Below the pieces are notes generated by a model. The model saw nothing but the letters and a program-made list of their open reading frames with translations. It was not told where the DNA came from and did no database searches. Source: Thermotogaceae bacterium (GTDB lineage Bacteria; Thermotogota; Thermotogae; Thermotogales; Thermotogaceae). From it: a stretch of DNA of 24,000 nt. Positions 16,835 to 24,000 of this stretch are shown piece after piece. Where the stretch lies: contig JAMOOR010000393.1 in assembly GCA_027065235.1 (NCBI GenBank), positions 1 through 24,000 on the forward strand, given 5' to 3'. The number at the start of each line of letters is the position of its first letter. The stretch's first letter is position 1. Made by a program: the position numbers and the translations under genes.

Positions 16835-16911
16835 TGGGGTGGCCAGTGGGATTCGAACCCACGACCACCTGATCCACAGTCAGGCGCTCTACCAGCTGAG
16901 CTATGGCCACC
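16835..16911 (-). tRNA. tRNA-His (anticodon GTG) with genome-encoded G-1, CCA encoded
   Basis: G(-1)-GTGGCCA-TA-GCTC-AGCTGGTA-GAGC-G-CCTGA-CT[GTG]GA-TCAGG-TGGTC-GTGGG-TTCGAAT-CCCAC-TGGCCAC-C-CCA. Confidence 0.9.
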
Positions 16912-16919
16912 ACAAATAG

Positions 16920-16993
16920 CGCGCCCGGTGGGAGTCGAACCCACAGCCCTCGGATTAGAAATCCGATGCTCTATCCTATTGAGCTACGGGCGC
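16920..16993 (-). tRNA. tRNA-Arg (anticodon TCT), no encoded CCA
   Basis: GCGCCCG-TA-GCTC-AATAGGATA-GAGC-A-TCGGA-TT[TCT]AA-TCCGA-GGGCT-GTGGG-TTCGACT-CCCAC-CGGGCGC-G, followed by CTATTT. Confidence 0.9.
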
Positions 16994-17013
16994 TTTCAAA
17001 GACCCAATATAAA

Positions 17014-17089
<76 letters not shown>

Positions 17090-17098
17090 CCGCTTCAC

Positions 17099-17174
17099 TG
17101 GTCGGGGAGAGAGGACTTGAACCTCCGGCCTCCTGCTCCCAAGGCAGGCGCGCTCCCACCTGCGCTACTCCCCG
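17099..17174 (-). tRNA. tRNA-Pro (anticodon TGG), CCA encoded
   Basis: CGGGGAG-TA-GCGC-AGGTGGGA-GCGC-G-CCTGC-CT[TGG]GA-GCAGG-AGGCC-GGAGG-TTCAAGT-CCTCT-CTCCCCG-A-CCA. Confidence 0.9.
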
Positions 17175-17196
17175 ACCTATCCATATCCGTGGATGT

Positions 17197-17225
17197 ATAT
17201 TAGCAGCATTTTCCCTCCTCGTCAA
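17197..17225 (-). promoter_or_regulatory. Candidate sigma70-type promoter of the tRNA cluster
   Basis: The minus strand reads TTGACG (17225..17220), a 17-nt spacer, then TAATAT (17202..17197). The -10 ends ~22 nt upstream of the tRNA-Pro 5' end. Confidence 0.5.
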
Positions 17226-17266
17226 GACATATGTACATTACCCCCAGCTATACGAGGACATATCGA

Positions 17267-17449
17267 CTAACAGCACTTAGTTTGGACATAGTACCCAGTT
17301 TTCAGGAAGGAGATACTTGTAAAATTACTCTGGATGGATTCCCCTATATCTTTGAATAGCAGCTCAAGTGCTTTCTCTTCACCACCTAAGGTTTTTTGTG
17401 CTACAATTTTGCCAAGGGCTTTTATAGCTTCCACATAGTTTGGGACCAA
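17267..17449 (-). CDS. Doubtful 60-aa ORF with one TPR-like motif (possible gene remnant)
   Basis: Only a TTG start and no convincing SD. The frame is open upstream to 17497 without an ATG. The PNYVEAIKALGKIVAQKTLGGEEKALELLFKDI stretch resembles a single TPR. Confidence 0.2.
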   Translation of the reverse strand: MVPNYVEAIKALGKIVAQKTLGGEEKALELLFKDIGESIQSNFTSISFLKTGYYVQTKCC

Positions 17450-17529
17450 GCTGTATAAGTTGAGAGCTTTGATTGTTCTGCTATTATATTTGTTTTCTTA
17501 TTTCCTTTTCCCCACCTTCATTCCTCATT

Positions 17530-19242
17530 TTATAGTGTATCAACCTGAATTTTTACATTCTTTCCACAAAACGCTATTCCAAAGCCGATTACCTTGTAAC
17601 CTAATCTTTGCATTTTTGCATAATATTTCCTTTCCTTTATTTGCTTTAGGGCTTCTTTGGCTTTTTCTTCTAATTCCTTTTCGTCGTCAGACTTTTTTAC
17701 CTCAAAAATCGCCGCATACTGCCCATAGTTTTTGTCCTTAGGATATACCACAACATCAAGTCTGCCGTATCCTGACTCCCTCTCACTTCCTACCACATAC
17801 CCATTCACAGTTATAGCAAGCATTCCGAGCAGGAAGCCCTTGTAGAATCTTTCGCTTTCGTCCTTTGCAACATCGTAGTAGCTAAGACCATCTATCAAAA
17901 ATTCTGTGAGCCACCCGGCAAATTCTTTATACTCTCCTCTTTTCAGCATGCTGCTTATTTTGTCTGCTACACTGCTACCATCTATACCGGTTTTTTCTTT
18001 TATCCATTCTATCACTGTACCTTTGAAAAATCTCATCACCTCTTCATTCGGTATTCTCAAGTAAAAATTTTCTGCCTCTCCACTGTCATAGTTGTATCTC
18101 GGTGATAAGTAGCCACTGCTGGCAAAAAGCACCCATACACCACTTTCATTCTTCTCAAGCTCTATAAGGGATATCGATGTATCAAGTGTTTTGTTTATTT
18201 CCTCTCCTTTGATCAGTTCAAGTAACTCATTGTGAACTTCCTTGTTGTTAATTACCTGATCTTTGATAAGCTGGTTTTCAGATGTAAAAATCCAATATTT
18301 TTTAGCATGAGCGATGGGAGGCCTTTTCGAATTTATTCTTTCACTTACATAGTTAACAACACTCCATGGATTATAAAGGTTATGAGCTTCGCCTACGATA
18401 TACCCGCTGTACCATTTATCTATTATTTCTTTATCTTCCTTTGTAAGGTTATAGTAAAAGATCATTTCATTTACTTCGTCCTCTGTAAAGCCAAATTTAT
18501 CATCCATTCCCTCATTAAAAACTGTGTACACGGCAAGATTATTGAGTCCGGAGAATATCGATTCCTTAGCTATTCTGTATACACCTGTAAGCACTCCAAA
18601 TTCCAAATATTCGTTATCTTTGAGAGCTGCCGTGAGAAGGTTCCTCATGAAAGCTACCATGTTGTCGTAGTAGTCTTTGTCCTTCTTTTCGTATGTATAT
18701 GCCGCTTCTATTGGAACATCGTATTCGTCAATGAGAAGTATAGTTCTCCTTCCATATGCATCATAATACATCCTCGTAAGAGCTTTTAAATACAGGAAGT
18801 ATTCTTCTATATTCAACTTTCTATAAGCAATACCCTCTAAGTATTTTCTGTCTTCTTTTTTTATAAGCTTATTCTGTAAGTGTTCTTTCGCATTCTCGGA
18901 GAATAGCGCCATCATATGGGCTTTAGCGCTCTCCCATGTCATATCTTTTATCTCTTTAAATGTGATGAAAACAATCGGATATTTGTGATAATAATCCTTT
19001 ACTATCCCCGTTTCTTCCCATATCTTAAACCCGTTAAACAGTTCTTCTTTTTTATTCAAAGAGAAAAACTCTTGTAGCATTTTCATGTTCAAAGTTTTTC
19101 CGAAGCGTCTTGGACGAGTGATAAGCTTTACCTTACCCGGAAGGTCTATTATGTCTTTTATTAGCAGGGTTTTATCGACATAGTAGTAATTACCTTTTAT
19201 CATTTCTGAGAACTCGCTTATCCCTATTGGGAGTTTCTTCAC
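17530..19242 (-). CDS. AAA-ATPase-like N-terminal domain fused to a C-terminal PD-(D/E)XK nuclease-like domain (Pfam AAA-ATPase_like + PDDEXK_9 / former DUF1703 architecture); function unknown
   Basis: The N-terminus LPIGISEFSEMI..NYYYVDKT....RPRRFGKTL is the hallmark opening of this family. The C-terminus ESGYGRLDVVVYP.....AAIFEVKK gives the D...E.K core. GTG start with GAGGTGA 6 nt upstream. Confidence 0.8.
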   Translation of the reverse strand: MKKLPIGISEFSEMIKGNYYYVDKTLLIKDIIDLPGKVKLITRPRRFGKTLNMKMLQEFFSLNKKEELFNGFKIWEETGIVKDYYHKYPIVFITFKEIKDMTWESAKAHMMALFSENAKEHLQNKLIKKEDRKYLEGIAYRKLNIEEYFLYLKALTRMYYDAYGRRTILLIDEYDVPIEAAYTYEKKDKDYYDNMVAFMRNLLTAALKDNEYLEFGVLTGVYRIAKESIFSGLNNLAVYTVFNEGMDDKFGFTEDEVNEMIFYYNLTKEDKEIIDKWYSGYIVGEAHNLYNPWSVVNYVSERINSKRPPIAHAKKYWIFTSENQLIKDQVINNKEVHNELLELIKGEEINKTLDTSISLIELEKNESGVWVLFASSGYLSPRYNYDSGEAENFYLRIPNEEVMRFFKGTVIEWIKEKTGIDGSSVADKISSMLKRGEYKEFAGWLTEFLIDGLSYYDVAKDESERFYKGFLLGMLAITVNGYVVGSERESGYGRLDVVVYPKDKNYGQYAAIFEVKKSDDEKELEEKAKEALKQIKERKYYAKMQRLGYKVIGFGIAFCGKNVKIQVDTL

Positions 19243-19319
19243 GACACTTCACCTCTTCTTCAAATCTTAGTAACCCCAGTACATAGTCTAAGTTACATTA
19301 TTAACCTTTGCTCTCATCA

Positions 19320-20078
19320 TCAATAATATTCAACCTCTGGTATAGCATGAAGAAGCAATCTTGGGATAATTTTGAAGCCTTCTGCCTTTTCACAATCTAT
19401 TTCTTTTCCATACATCTTCGCTTTTTCTCCCAAGTAGTACTTTAGCATTTCCCACATCTGACCAAATTGACTTTTATGCTGAGACAAAGCCTCCAATTTT
19501 TTATCATAAGTATCTTCTACACATACATAGGTGTTTGTCGACGGCGTGAAATAAAGTGCAGCAGCTTTTACATCATGCGGAGAAAATTCAGGCATAATGG
19601 AGGAAAATTTAGAAAAGAGTACAGCTTGCAGGGCGGCCGTACCTACTTTTATGTGATCCGGATGCATCTCGTATTTAACATAGGGATCGACGGTAAAGAC
19701 GATATCTGGTTTTACAGTTCTAATAAGCTGAACCATTTTGTCTCGAACCTGCTCCACAGTGTAATCTCCAAGATCTTCGAAATCCAAAAAGAAAACTTCC
19801 TTTATCCCTAAAATCTTTGCAGCCTGGAGTTGCTCGTTTTGCCTAAGCCTTGCAACATCTTCTTCAGTTACCTCATCAAGACCCGAGTAACCTTTTCTTC
19901 CATCCGTGACAACTGCAAGATAAACCTCTTTTCCAAGATTTGCTAATTTTCTTATCGTTCCTCCGCAGTCAAGCTCCGAATCGTCTGGGTGGGGGGAAAT
20001 AAAAAGGTACCTCTCAAATCCAAGTATGTCTGGCTTTTCCACAAGAGAGTTTATGAATCCTTTTTTATTCACAGTCAT
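19320..20078 (-). CDS. PIG-L/LmbE-family N-acetylglucosaminyl deacetylase
   Basis: SPHPDDSELDCGGT and MHPDHIKVG zinc-site motifs. The start is uncertain: ATG 20078 (GAGGTG immediately upstream) or TTG 20105 from the ORF track. Confidence 0.8.
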   Translation of the reverse strand: MTVNKKGFINSLVEKPDILGFERYLFISPHPDDSELDCGGTIRKLANLGKEVYLAVVTDGRKGYSGLDEVTEEDVARLRQNEQLQAAKILGIKEVFFLDFEDLGDYTVEQVRDKMVQLIRTVKPDIVFTVDPYVKYEMHPDHIKVGTAALQAVLFSKFSSIMPEFSPHDVKAAALYFTPSTNTYVCVEDTYDKKLEALSQHKSQFGQMWEMLKYYLGEKAKMYGKEIDCEKAEGFKIIPRLLLHAIPEVEYY

Positions 20079-20119
20079 CACCTCACGAAAAATATTATAG
20101 ACCAATTACCATACCGTTG

Positions 20120-20128
20120 TGGTATATT
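20120..20128 (+). promoter_or_regulatory. Candidate extended -10 (TGgTATATT) for apt
   Basis: TGG TATATT at 20120-20128, ~38 nt upstream of the apt ATG. The -35 is weak (TAGACC, 19-nt spacing). It sits in the 60-bp divergent gap next to an ATACC-GTTGT-GGTAT inverted repeat (20111-20125). Confidence 0.3.
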
Positions 20129-20166
20129 ACCCTATGTGTGAAGAAATCGTAAAAGGGGGTAGAGGA

Positions 20167-20679
20167 ATGGACATTAAAAAATTCATAAGAGATATACCAG
20201 ACTTTCCAAAGGAAGGGATAATTTTTAAAGATATAACACCGCTTCTTAAGGATAAAGACGCGTTTAGAGAGACGATAGATCAGCTTTGTAAAAAGGTAAA
20301 GGATCTGAATTTTGATCTGATAATAGCACCAGAGGCAAGAGGATTCATCCTTGGTTCTGCCATGGCTTACAAATTGGGAAAGGGTTTTGTTCCTGTTAGA
20401 AAACCTGGAAAACTTCCATATAAAACAGTCTATGAGGAATTTCAACTTGAATATGGAACCGATCAGCTCCATATACATGTAGATGCTGTTGAAAAGGGCC
20501 AGAATGTTCTCATAGTTGATGATGTCTTAGCTACCGGTGGAACAGCCAAAGCCCTTGCCAACCTTGTGGAAAAGGTTGGAGGAAATGTTGCTGGAATGAT
20601 ATTTTTAATAGAACTTTCCTTCCTTAATGCAAGGGAAAAACTGCAAGGCTACTGGGTTGAATCGCTCATCGAGTTTTGA
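20167..20679 (+). CDS. apt: Adenine phosphoribosyltransferase
   Basis: [27 protein letters not shown] and PRPP-binding [13 protein letters not shown]. The ATG at 20167 is preferred over the ORF-track GTG at 20119, giving a canonical Apt N-terminus with purine-rich AAGGGGGTAGAGGA upstream. Confidence 0.9.
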   Translation: MDIKKFIRDIPDFPKEGIIFKDITPLLKDKDAFRETIDQLCKKVKDLNFDLIIAPEARGFILGSAMAYKLGKGFVPVRKPGKLPYKTVYEEFQLEYGTDQLHIHVDAVEKGQNVLIVDDVLATGGTAKALANLVEKVGGNVAGMIFLIELSFLNAREKLQGYWVESLIEF

Positions 20680-21071
20680 ACAGGTTTTAAAGAAAGAGAA
20701 ACGAAATCACCTTCGAAGTTTAGATCGAAAATAACGAATCTTTTCAGTAGAGAGAACATTTTAGATGGGAAGACATAAAGCTTCCCATCTTTTATTTCAA
20801 AAGATTTGCTTGAGTAGCCTTTTATTATATTCATTACGAGTTTGTTGGTCTTTATTTCAAAAATTATCGGATCGTCGGGAGATTCTTGAACCTTGGACAA
20901 GGCAAGCCTCACAGACACAGGTATTTTCAACATCCCCATCAATTTCCCAGTTATCACTATATTCACCGACTTTCCCTCTGGTTCAACTGTCATGTTATCA
21001 ACATCTGTTATGTCCTTGAAAAACTTAGATATCAAATTGTTCCCTATTTTAACCTCTATGTGATCACTCAC
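20649..21071 (-). CDS. Hypothetical small beta-rich protein (~140 aa), no signal peptide, translationally coupled to the upstream PBP-fold gene
   Basis: The preferred start is GTG 21071, with AAGGAGGT 8 nt upstream. It overlaps the upstream TGA (GTGAGTGA). The ORF-track ATG at 21104 is the alternative. I recognise no family. Confidence 0.6.
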   Translation of the reverse strand: MSDHIEVKIGNNLISKFFKDITDVDNMTVEPEGKSVNIVITGKLMGMLKIPVSVRLALSKVQESPDDPIIFEIKTNKLVMNIIKGYSSKSFEIKDGKLYVFPSKMFSLLKRFVIFDLNFEGDFVSLSLKPVQNSMSDSTQ

Positions 21072-22113
21072 ACTCAATACCTCCTTCGTATATTCTCTTT
21101 CCATTCTCTATCCTGACGAACAAAACCTTTCTTCTCGTTTTTCCATTCTTTTCAATGATGAATTCCCCAAAACTCCCCGGATACTCAGCACCGGATTTGA
21201 TTTTATTTATAAGTTCCCCTGTTCCGTCATAGTTATTTAAAGCGTGCCATGCTACAGAATAAGCATCAAAAGCTAGGGCAGCCCTGAAATTAGGGGTATC
21301 TCCAAATTTTCTTCTGTAAATGTCAAGAAAAGCTTTAGGAATTCCTTTTAAATCTTCTTTTGGAAAATACGCTGTTGTGTGAACGACTCCATCAAGTTCT
21401 CTTAATTTTTCATCGTTACAACCTGATAAATAGTCATTTGAAAGTATTTTAACTCTATTCCCCGATTTAGATACTATCTTATTTATATTCATTGCAATTT
21501 CTTCAGCCCCTAAAGCAATTACCATATCAGATTTTGATATCCAGTCTGTTTCAATAGGGTCAAAAGATATTTCTTTCTCTTGCCTTTTAAAGATCTGCGT
21601 TATATTTATATTTTTTTCTTGCGCTCTGCTGCGTATCGTTTCAGCCATGAAGGAGAGTTCTTTATACTTTAAATGAAAAATGAGCGTTAGGCGATCCACA
21701 TAATAATATCTTTTTGAAAAATTTACCATAGCTTTTGCCTGATCTTCGTCAGTGTACACCAAGCTAACAGAATGTTTGGAAATTTTAGATATAAAAGGGA
21801 CTGAAGCTACAGTTAAAAGAAGAGGAATCTTAAACTTTTCAACTACCGCAGAAATTGCAGGAACATATGTTGAAAATAGCGGCGAAATTACCACATCATA
21901 TTTACTTCTCGAAAGCAAATACGAAAGCTGAGAATAAGTTTTATCAATTGACAAATCAGCTTTTTTAAAAACAATTTCCACATTTCTTTTGTTCCCAAAT
22001 ACTTCTCTTGCTACCTCTATTCCTCTCAAAGTCTCTTTCATTAAAATCTCAAACTTTCCCTTTTGCGGTCCAAAGACAAGAATCTTCTTTTCCTTCCTTC
22101 TAAAAAATCCCAT
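21064..22113 (-). CDS. Type-I periplasmic-binding-protein fold protein (LivK/Peripla_BP_6-like) lacking a signal peptide
   Basis: KILVFGPQKGKFEILMKETLRGIEVAREVFG....VEIVFKKAD and C-terminal YPGSFGEFIIEKNGKTRRKVLFVRIENGK follow the Leu/Ile/Val-binding-protein pattern. The N-terminus MGFFRRKEKK has no hydrophobic segment. The start is firm, with AGGAGG 7 nt upstream and a terminator just beyond. Confidence 0.7.
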   Translation of the reverse strand: MGFFRRKEKKILVFGPQKGKFEILMKETLRGIEVAREVFGNKRNVEIVFKKADLSIDKTYSQLSYLLSRSKYDVVISPLFSTYVPAISAVVEKFKIPLLLTVASVPFISKISKHSVSLVYTDEDQAKAMVNFSKRYYYVDRLTLIFHLKYKELSFMAETIRSRAQEKNINITQIFKRQEKEISFDPIETDWISKSDMVIALGAEEIAMNINKIVSKSGNRVKILSNDYLSGCNDEKLRELDGVVHTTAYFPKEDLKGIPKAFLDIYRRKFGDTPNFRAALAFDAYSVAWHALNNYDGTGELINKIKSGAEYPGSFGEFIIEKNGKTRRKVLFVRIENGKRIYEGGIECE

Positions 22114-22152
22114 TACAATCCTCCTCGCATTGCTGTGTTAATCAAAAATACA

Positions 22153-22180
22153 ACAGCCCCTGCCTTCTGGCAAGGGCTGT
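22153..22180 (-). terminator. Intrinsic terminator after the Clp ATPase gene
   Basis: The minus strand reads ACAGCCCTTGCC-AGAA-GGCAGGGGCTGT (11 of 12 positions paired), followed by TGTATTTTTGAT. Confidence 0.85.
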
Positions 22181-22198
22181 TTATATTTTAAGTCCATC

Positions 22199-24000
22199 TC
22201 ACGATGCCTTCTGCACCATGTTGCTCTCATCAGCCTTTTCCACAACTATCTTTCCATCTTTAACATCGATGAGAACTGTATCTCCTTCATTTATCTCACC
22301 GGCTATGAGTTTTGTAGCTAATGGTGTTTCTACTTCCCTTTCTATAACCCTCCTAAGTGGTCTTGCACCAAATGCTGGATCGTATCCTTTGTTTGCCAAA
22401 TATTCTTTTGCCGCATCGGAAATCTGGAGCTTCAAGTTCTTATCCTTGAGTCTTTCTTCAAGTCTGTTTATCATAAGCTGTACTATCTGCTTCACATGTT
22501 CTTTCTTAAGTGGCTTGAATATAACCACAGAATCTATCCTGTTTATGAACTCCGGCCTGAAGTACCTCTTGAGCTCTTCCCTGACCAAGCTTTCTATTTC
22601 TTCAAAGTCCTTTCCTCTTTCAAGGTTCCTCAATATGACATCACTCGCTATGTTGCTTGTCATGATTATTATCGTGTTTCTGAAGTCCACAGTGTTACCC
22701 TTTCCATCGGTAAGCCTTCCGTCGTCAAATACTTGAAGGAGAACATTAAAGACTTCTGGATGCGCTTTTTCTACCTCGTCAAGTAGCACTACGCTGTAGG
22801 GTCTTCTTCTAACAGCTTCTGTGAGCTGTCCTCCTTCTTCGTATCCAACATATCCCGGAGGCGCTCCTATAAGTCTTGATACACTATGTTTCTCCATGTA
22901 TTCGCTCATATCAATTCTTATCATTGCGTCTTCACTGCCAAAGAGAACCTCTGCCAAAGCTTTTGCAAGCTCTGTTTTTCCAACTCCAGTTGGTCCTAAG
23001 AAGAGGAATGTACCTATCGGTCTTTTCGGATCCTTTATTCCAGCTCTTGCCTTTCTTATAGTATCTGCAATTACTTTAACAGCCTCTTCCTGATCTATAA
23101 TTCTTTTGTGAATTAAATCCTCAAGATGCAAAAGTTTCTCTCTTTCTGACTGAACCATCTTGCTTGCTGGGATTCCCGTCCAGCTTTCCACTACTTTAGC
23201 TACTGCTTCTTCATCTACGGTGTTGTCTGTTTTAACTCCAAGCTCTTTTGCAAGTTTGTCGTATTCCTTGTTCATCTTAAGAAGCTGCTGCTTTTTCTCT
23301 GCAGCTGCTTTGTAATCTCCCTTCAAAGTAAGGTCGTCGACTTCCTCTTCCAATTTCTTTATTTCTTTTTCCAATCCTACAAGCTTTGGATCCTTCATGT
23401 GCTTAGAAAGCCTTACTTTAGATGCTGCCTCATCTATAAGGTCTATCGCTTTGTCGGGCAAGAATCTATCAGTTATGTACCTTGCAGAGAGTTTTGCTGC
23501 AGCTTCTATCGCATCATCCGTTATCCTTACATCATGGTGCTTTTCGTAAACATCTCTAATACCTTTCAAAATCTCTATCGTTTCTTCAACAGAAGGTTCT
23601 CCAACATAAACCGGCTGGAACCTTCTTGCCAAAGCTTTATCCTTTTCTATGTACTTTCTGTACTCTTCCATTGTTGTTGCTCCGATGGTATGGAGCTCCC
23701 CCCTTGCAAGTGCAGGCTTTAAGAGGTTGGCTGCATCCATTGAACCTTCCGCTGCACCAGCTCCTACTATGGTGTGAAGCTCATCGATAAAGAGTATCAC
23801 CTTATCCCCAAGCTTTTTGATCTCGTCTATCACATTCTTTAGTCTTTCTTCAAATTCTCCTCTGAACTTAGAACCTGCAAGGAGCCTTCCCATATCAAGC
23901 ATCAAAACTCTTTTACCTTTCAATGAATCGGGCACTTCACCTTTTACTATCTTCTGGGCAAGACCTTCTACTATAGCTGTTTTTCCAACTCCCGGGTCCC
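22199..24000 (-). CDS. Class-I Clp/Hsp100 AAA+ ATPase (ClpC/ClpB family); the N-terminal part lies outside the window
   Basis: The frame stays open upstream of the ORF-track start to the window edge, reading [26 protein letters not shown] (NBD1 Walker A). Also present: [11 protein letters not shown]2 [20 protein letters not shown] and GARPLRR. Confidence 0.92.
   Translation of the reverse strand, partial: DPGVGKTAIVEGLAQKIVKGEVPDSLKGKRVLMLDMGRLLAGSKFRGEFEERLKNVIDEIKKLGDKVILFIDELHTIVGAGAAEGSMDAANLLKPALARGELHTIGATTMEEYRKYIEKDKALARRFQPVYVGEPSVEETIEILKGIRDVYEKHHDVRITDDAIEAAAKLSARYITDRFLPDKAIDLIDEAASKVRLSKHMKDPKLVGLEKEIKKLEEEVDDLTLKGDYKAAAEKKQQLLKMNKEYDKLAKELGVKTDNTVDEEAVAKVVESWTGIPASKMVQSEREKLLHLEDLIHKRIIDQEEAVKVIADTIRKARAGIKDPKRPIGTFLFLGPTGVGKTELAKALAEVLFGSEDAMIRIDMSEYMEKHSVSRLIGAPPGYVGYEEGGQLTEAVRRRPYSVVLLDEVEKAHPEVFNVLLQVFDDGRLTDGKGNTVDFRNTIIIMTSNIASDVILRNLERGKDFEEIESLVREELKRYFRPEFINRIDSVVIFKPLKKEHVKQIVQLMINRLEERLKDKNLKLQISDAAKEYLANKGYDPAFGARPLRRVIEREVETPLATKLIAGEINEGDTVLIDVKDGKIVVEKADESNMVQKAS

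Noticed and set aside
17216-17258. Inverted repeat TCCTCGT ... ACGAGGA (7 bp arms, 29-nt spacer) with central ACATATGTACAT palindromes upstream of the tRNA promoter
   Set aside because: It has no T-run, so it is not a terminator. One arm overlaps the -35 box. The evidence is too weak to call an operator, so it is noted only.
22199-24000. Calling this gene clpB outright
   Set aside because: The middle domain is far shorter than I expect for ClpB, and the N-terminus is outside the window. I left it at family level.

Overview
AT-rich bacterial chromosomal segment, transcribed almost entirely on the minus strand. The content points to a thermophilic Thermotogota-like genome, but this is inference and no search was run. 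The supporting signs are: reverse gyrase; a 61-aa single-cluster ferredoxin that resembles the Thermotoga maritima ferredoxin as I remember it; a SpoVS homologue; a family-4 uracil-DNA glycosylase; very GC-rich tRNAs in AT-rich DNA; and GGAGGTGA-type Shine-Dalgarno sequences.

I can support 22 protein-coding genes, two further low-confidence small ORFs, a cluster of five tRNA genes (Pro-Gly-Arg-His-Arg), five intrinsic terminators and several sigma70-like promoters. I saw no CRISPR array, rRNA, transposase, integrase or other mobile-element signature. Several ORF-track starts look too long and are re-called from SD spacing or terminator position.

Most genes are ordinary housekeeping. They include MalE-type binding protein, MFS transporter, DegV, ROK glucokinase, NrnA, reverse gyrase, rhomboid, Apt, GalE, a DtxR-family regulator, UDG, THEP1 NTPase and a Clp/Hsp100 ATPase.

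Three loci are candidates for something undescribed:
- 750-4136 (best candidate): two translationally coupled, paralogous, tyrosine-rich exported proteins. Each is built from a repeated aromatic module, an SH3-like module and an outer-membrane-barrel-like C-terminus. An unannotated 30-codon membrane micro-ORF follows them.
- 20649-22113: a periplasmic-binding-protein-fold protein with no signal peptide, coupled to a small beta-rich protein.
- 17530-19242: an AAA-ATPase-like/PD-(D/E)XK fusion protein beside the tRNA cluster.

All functional ideas for these three loci are hypotheses.
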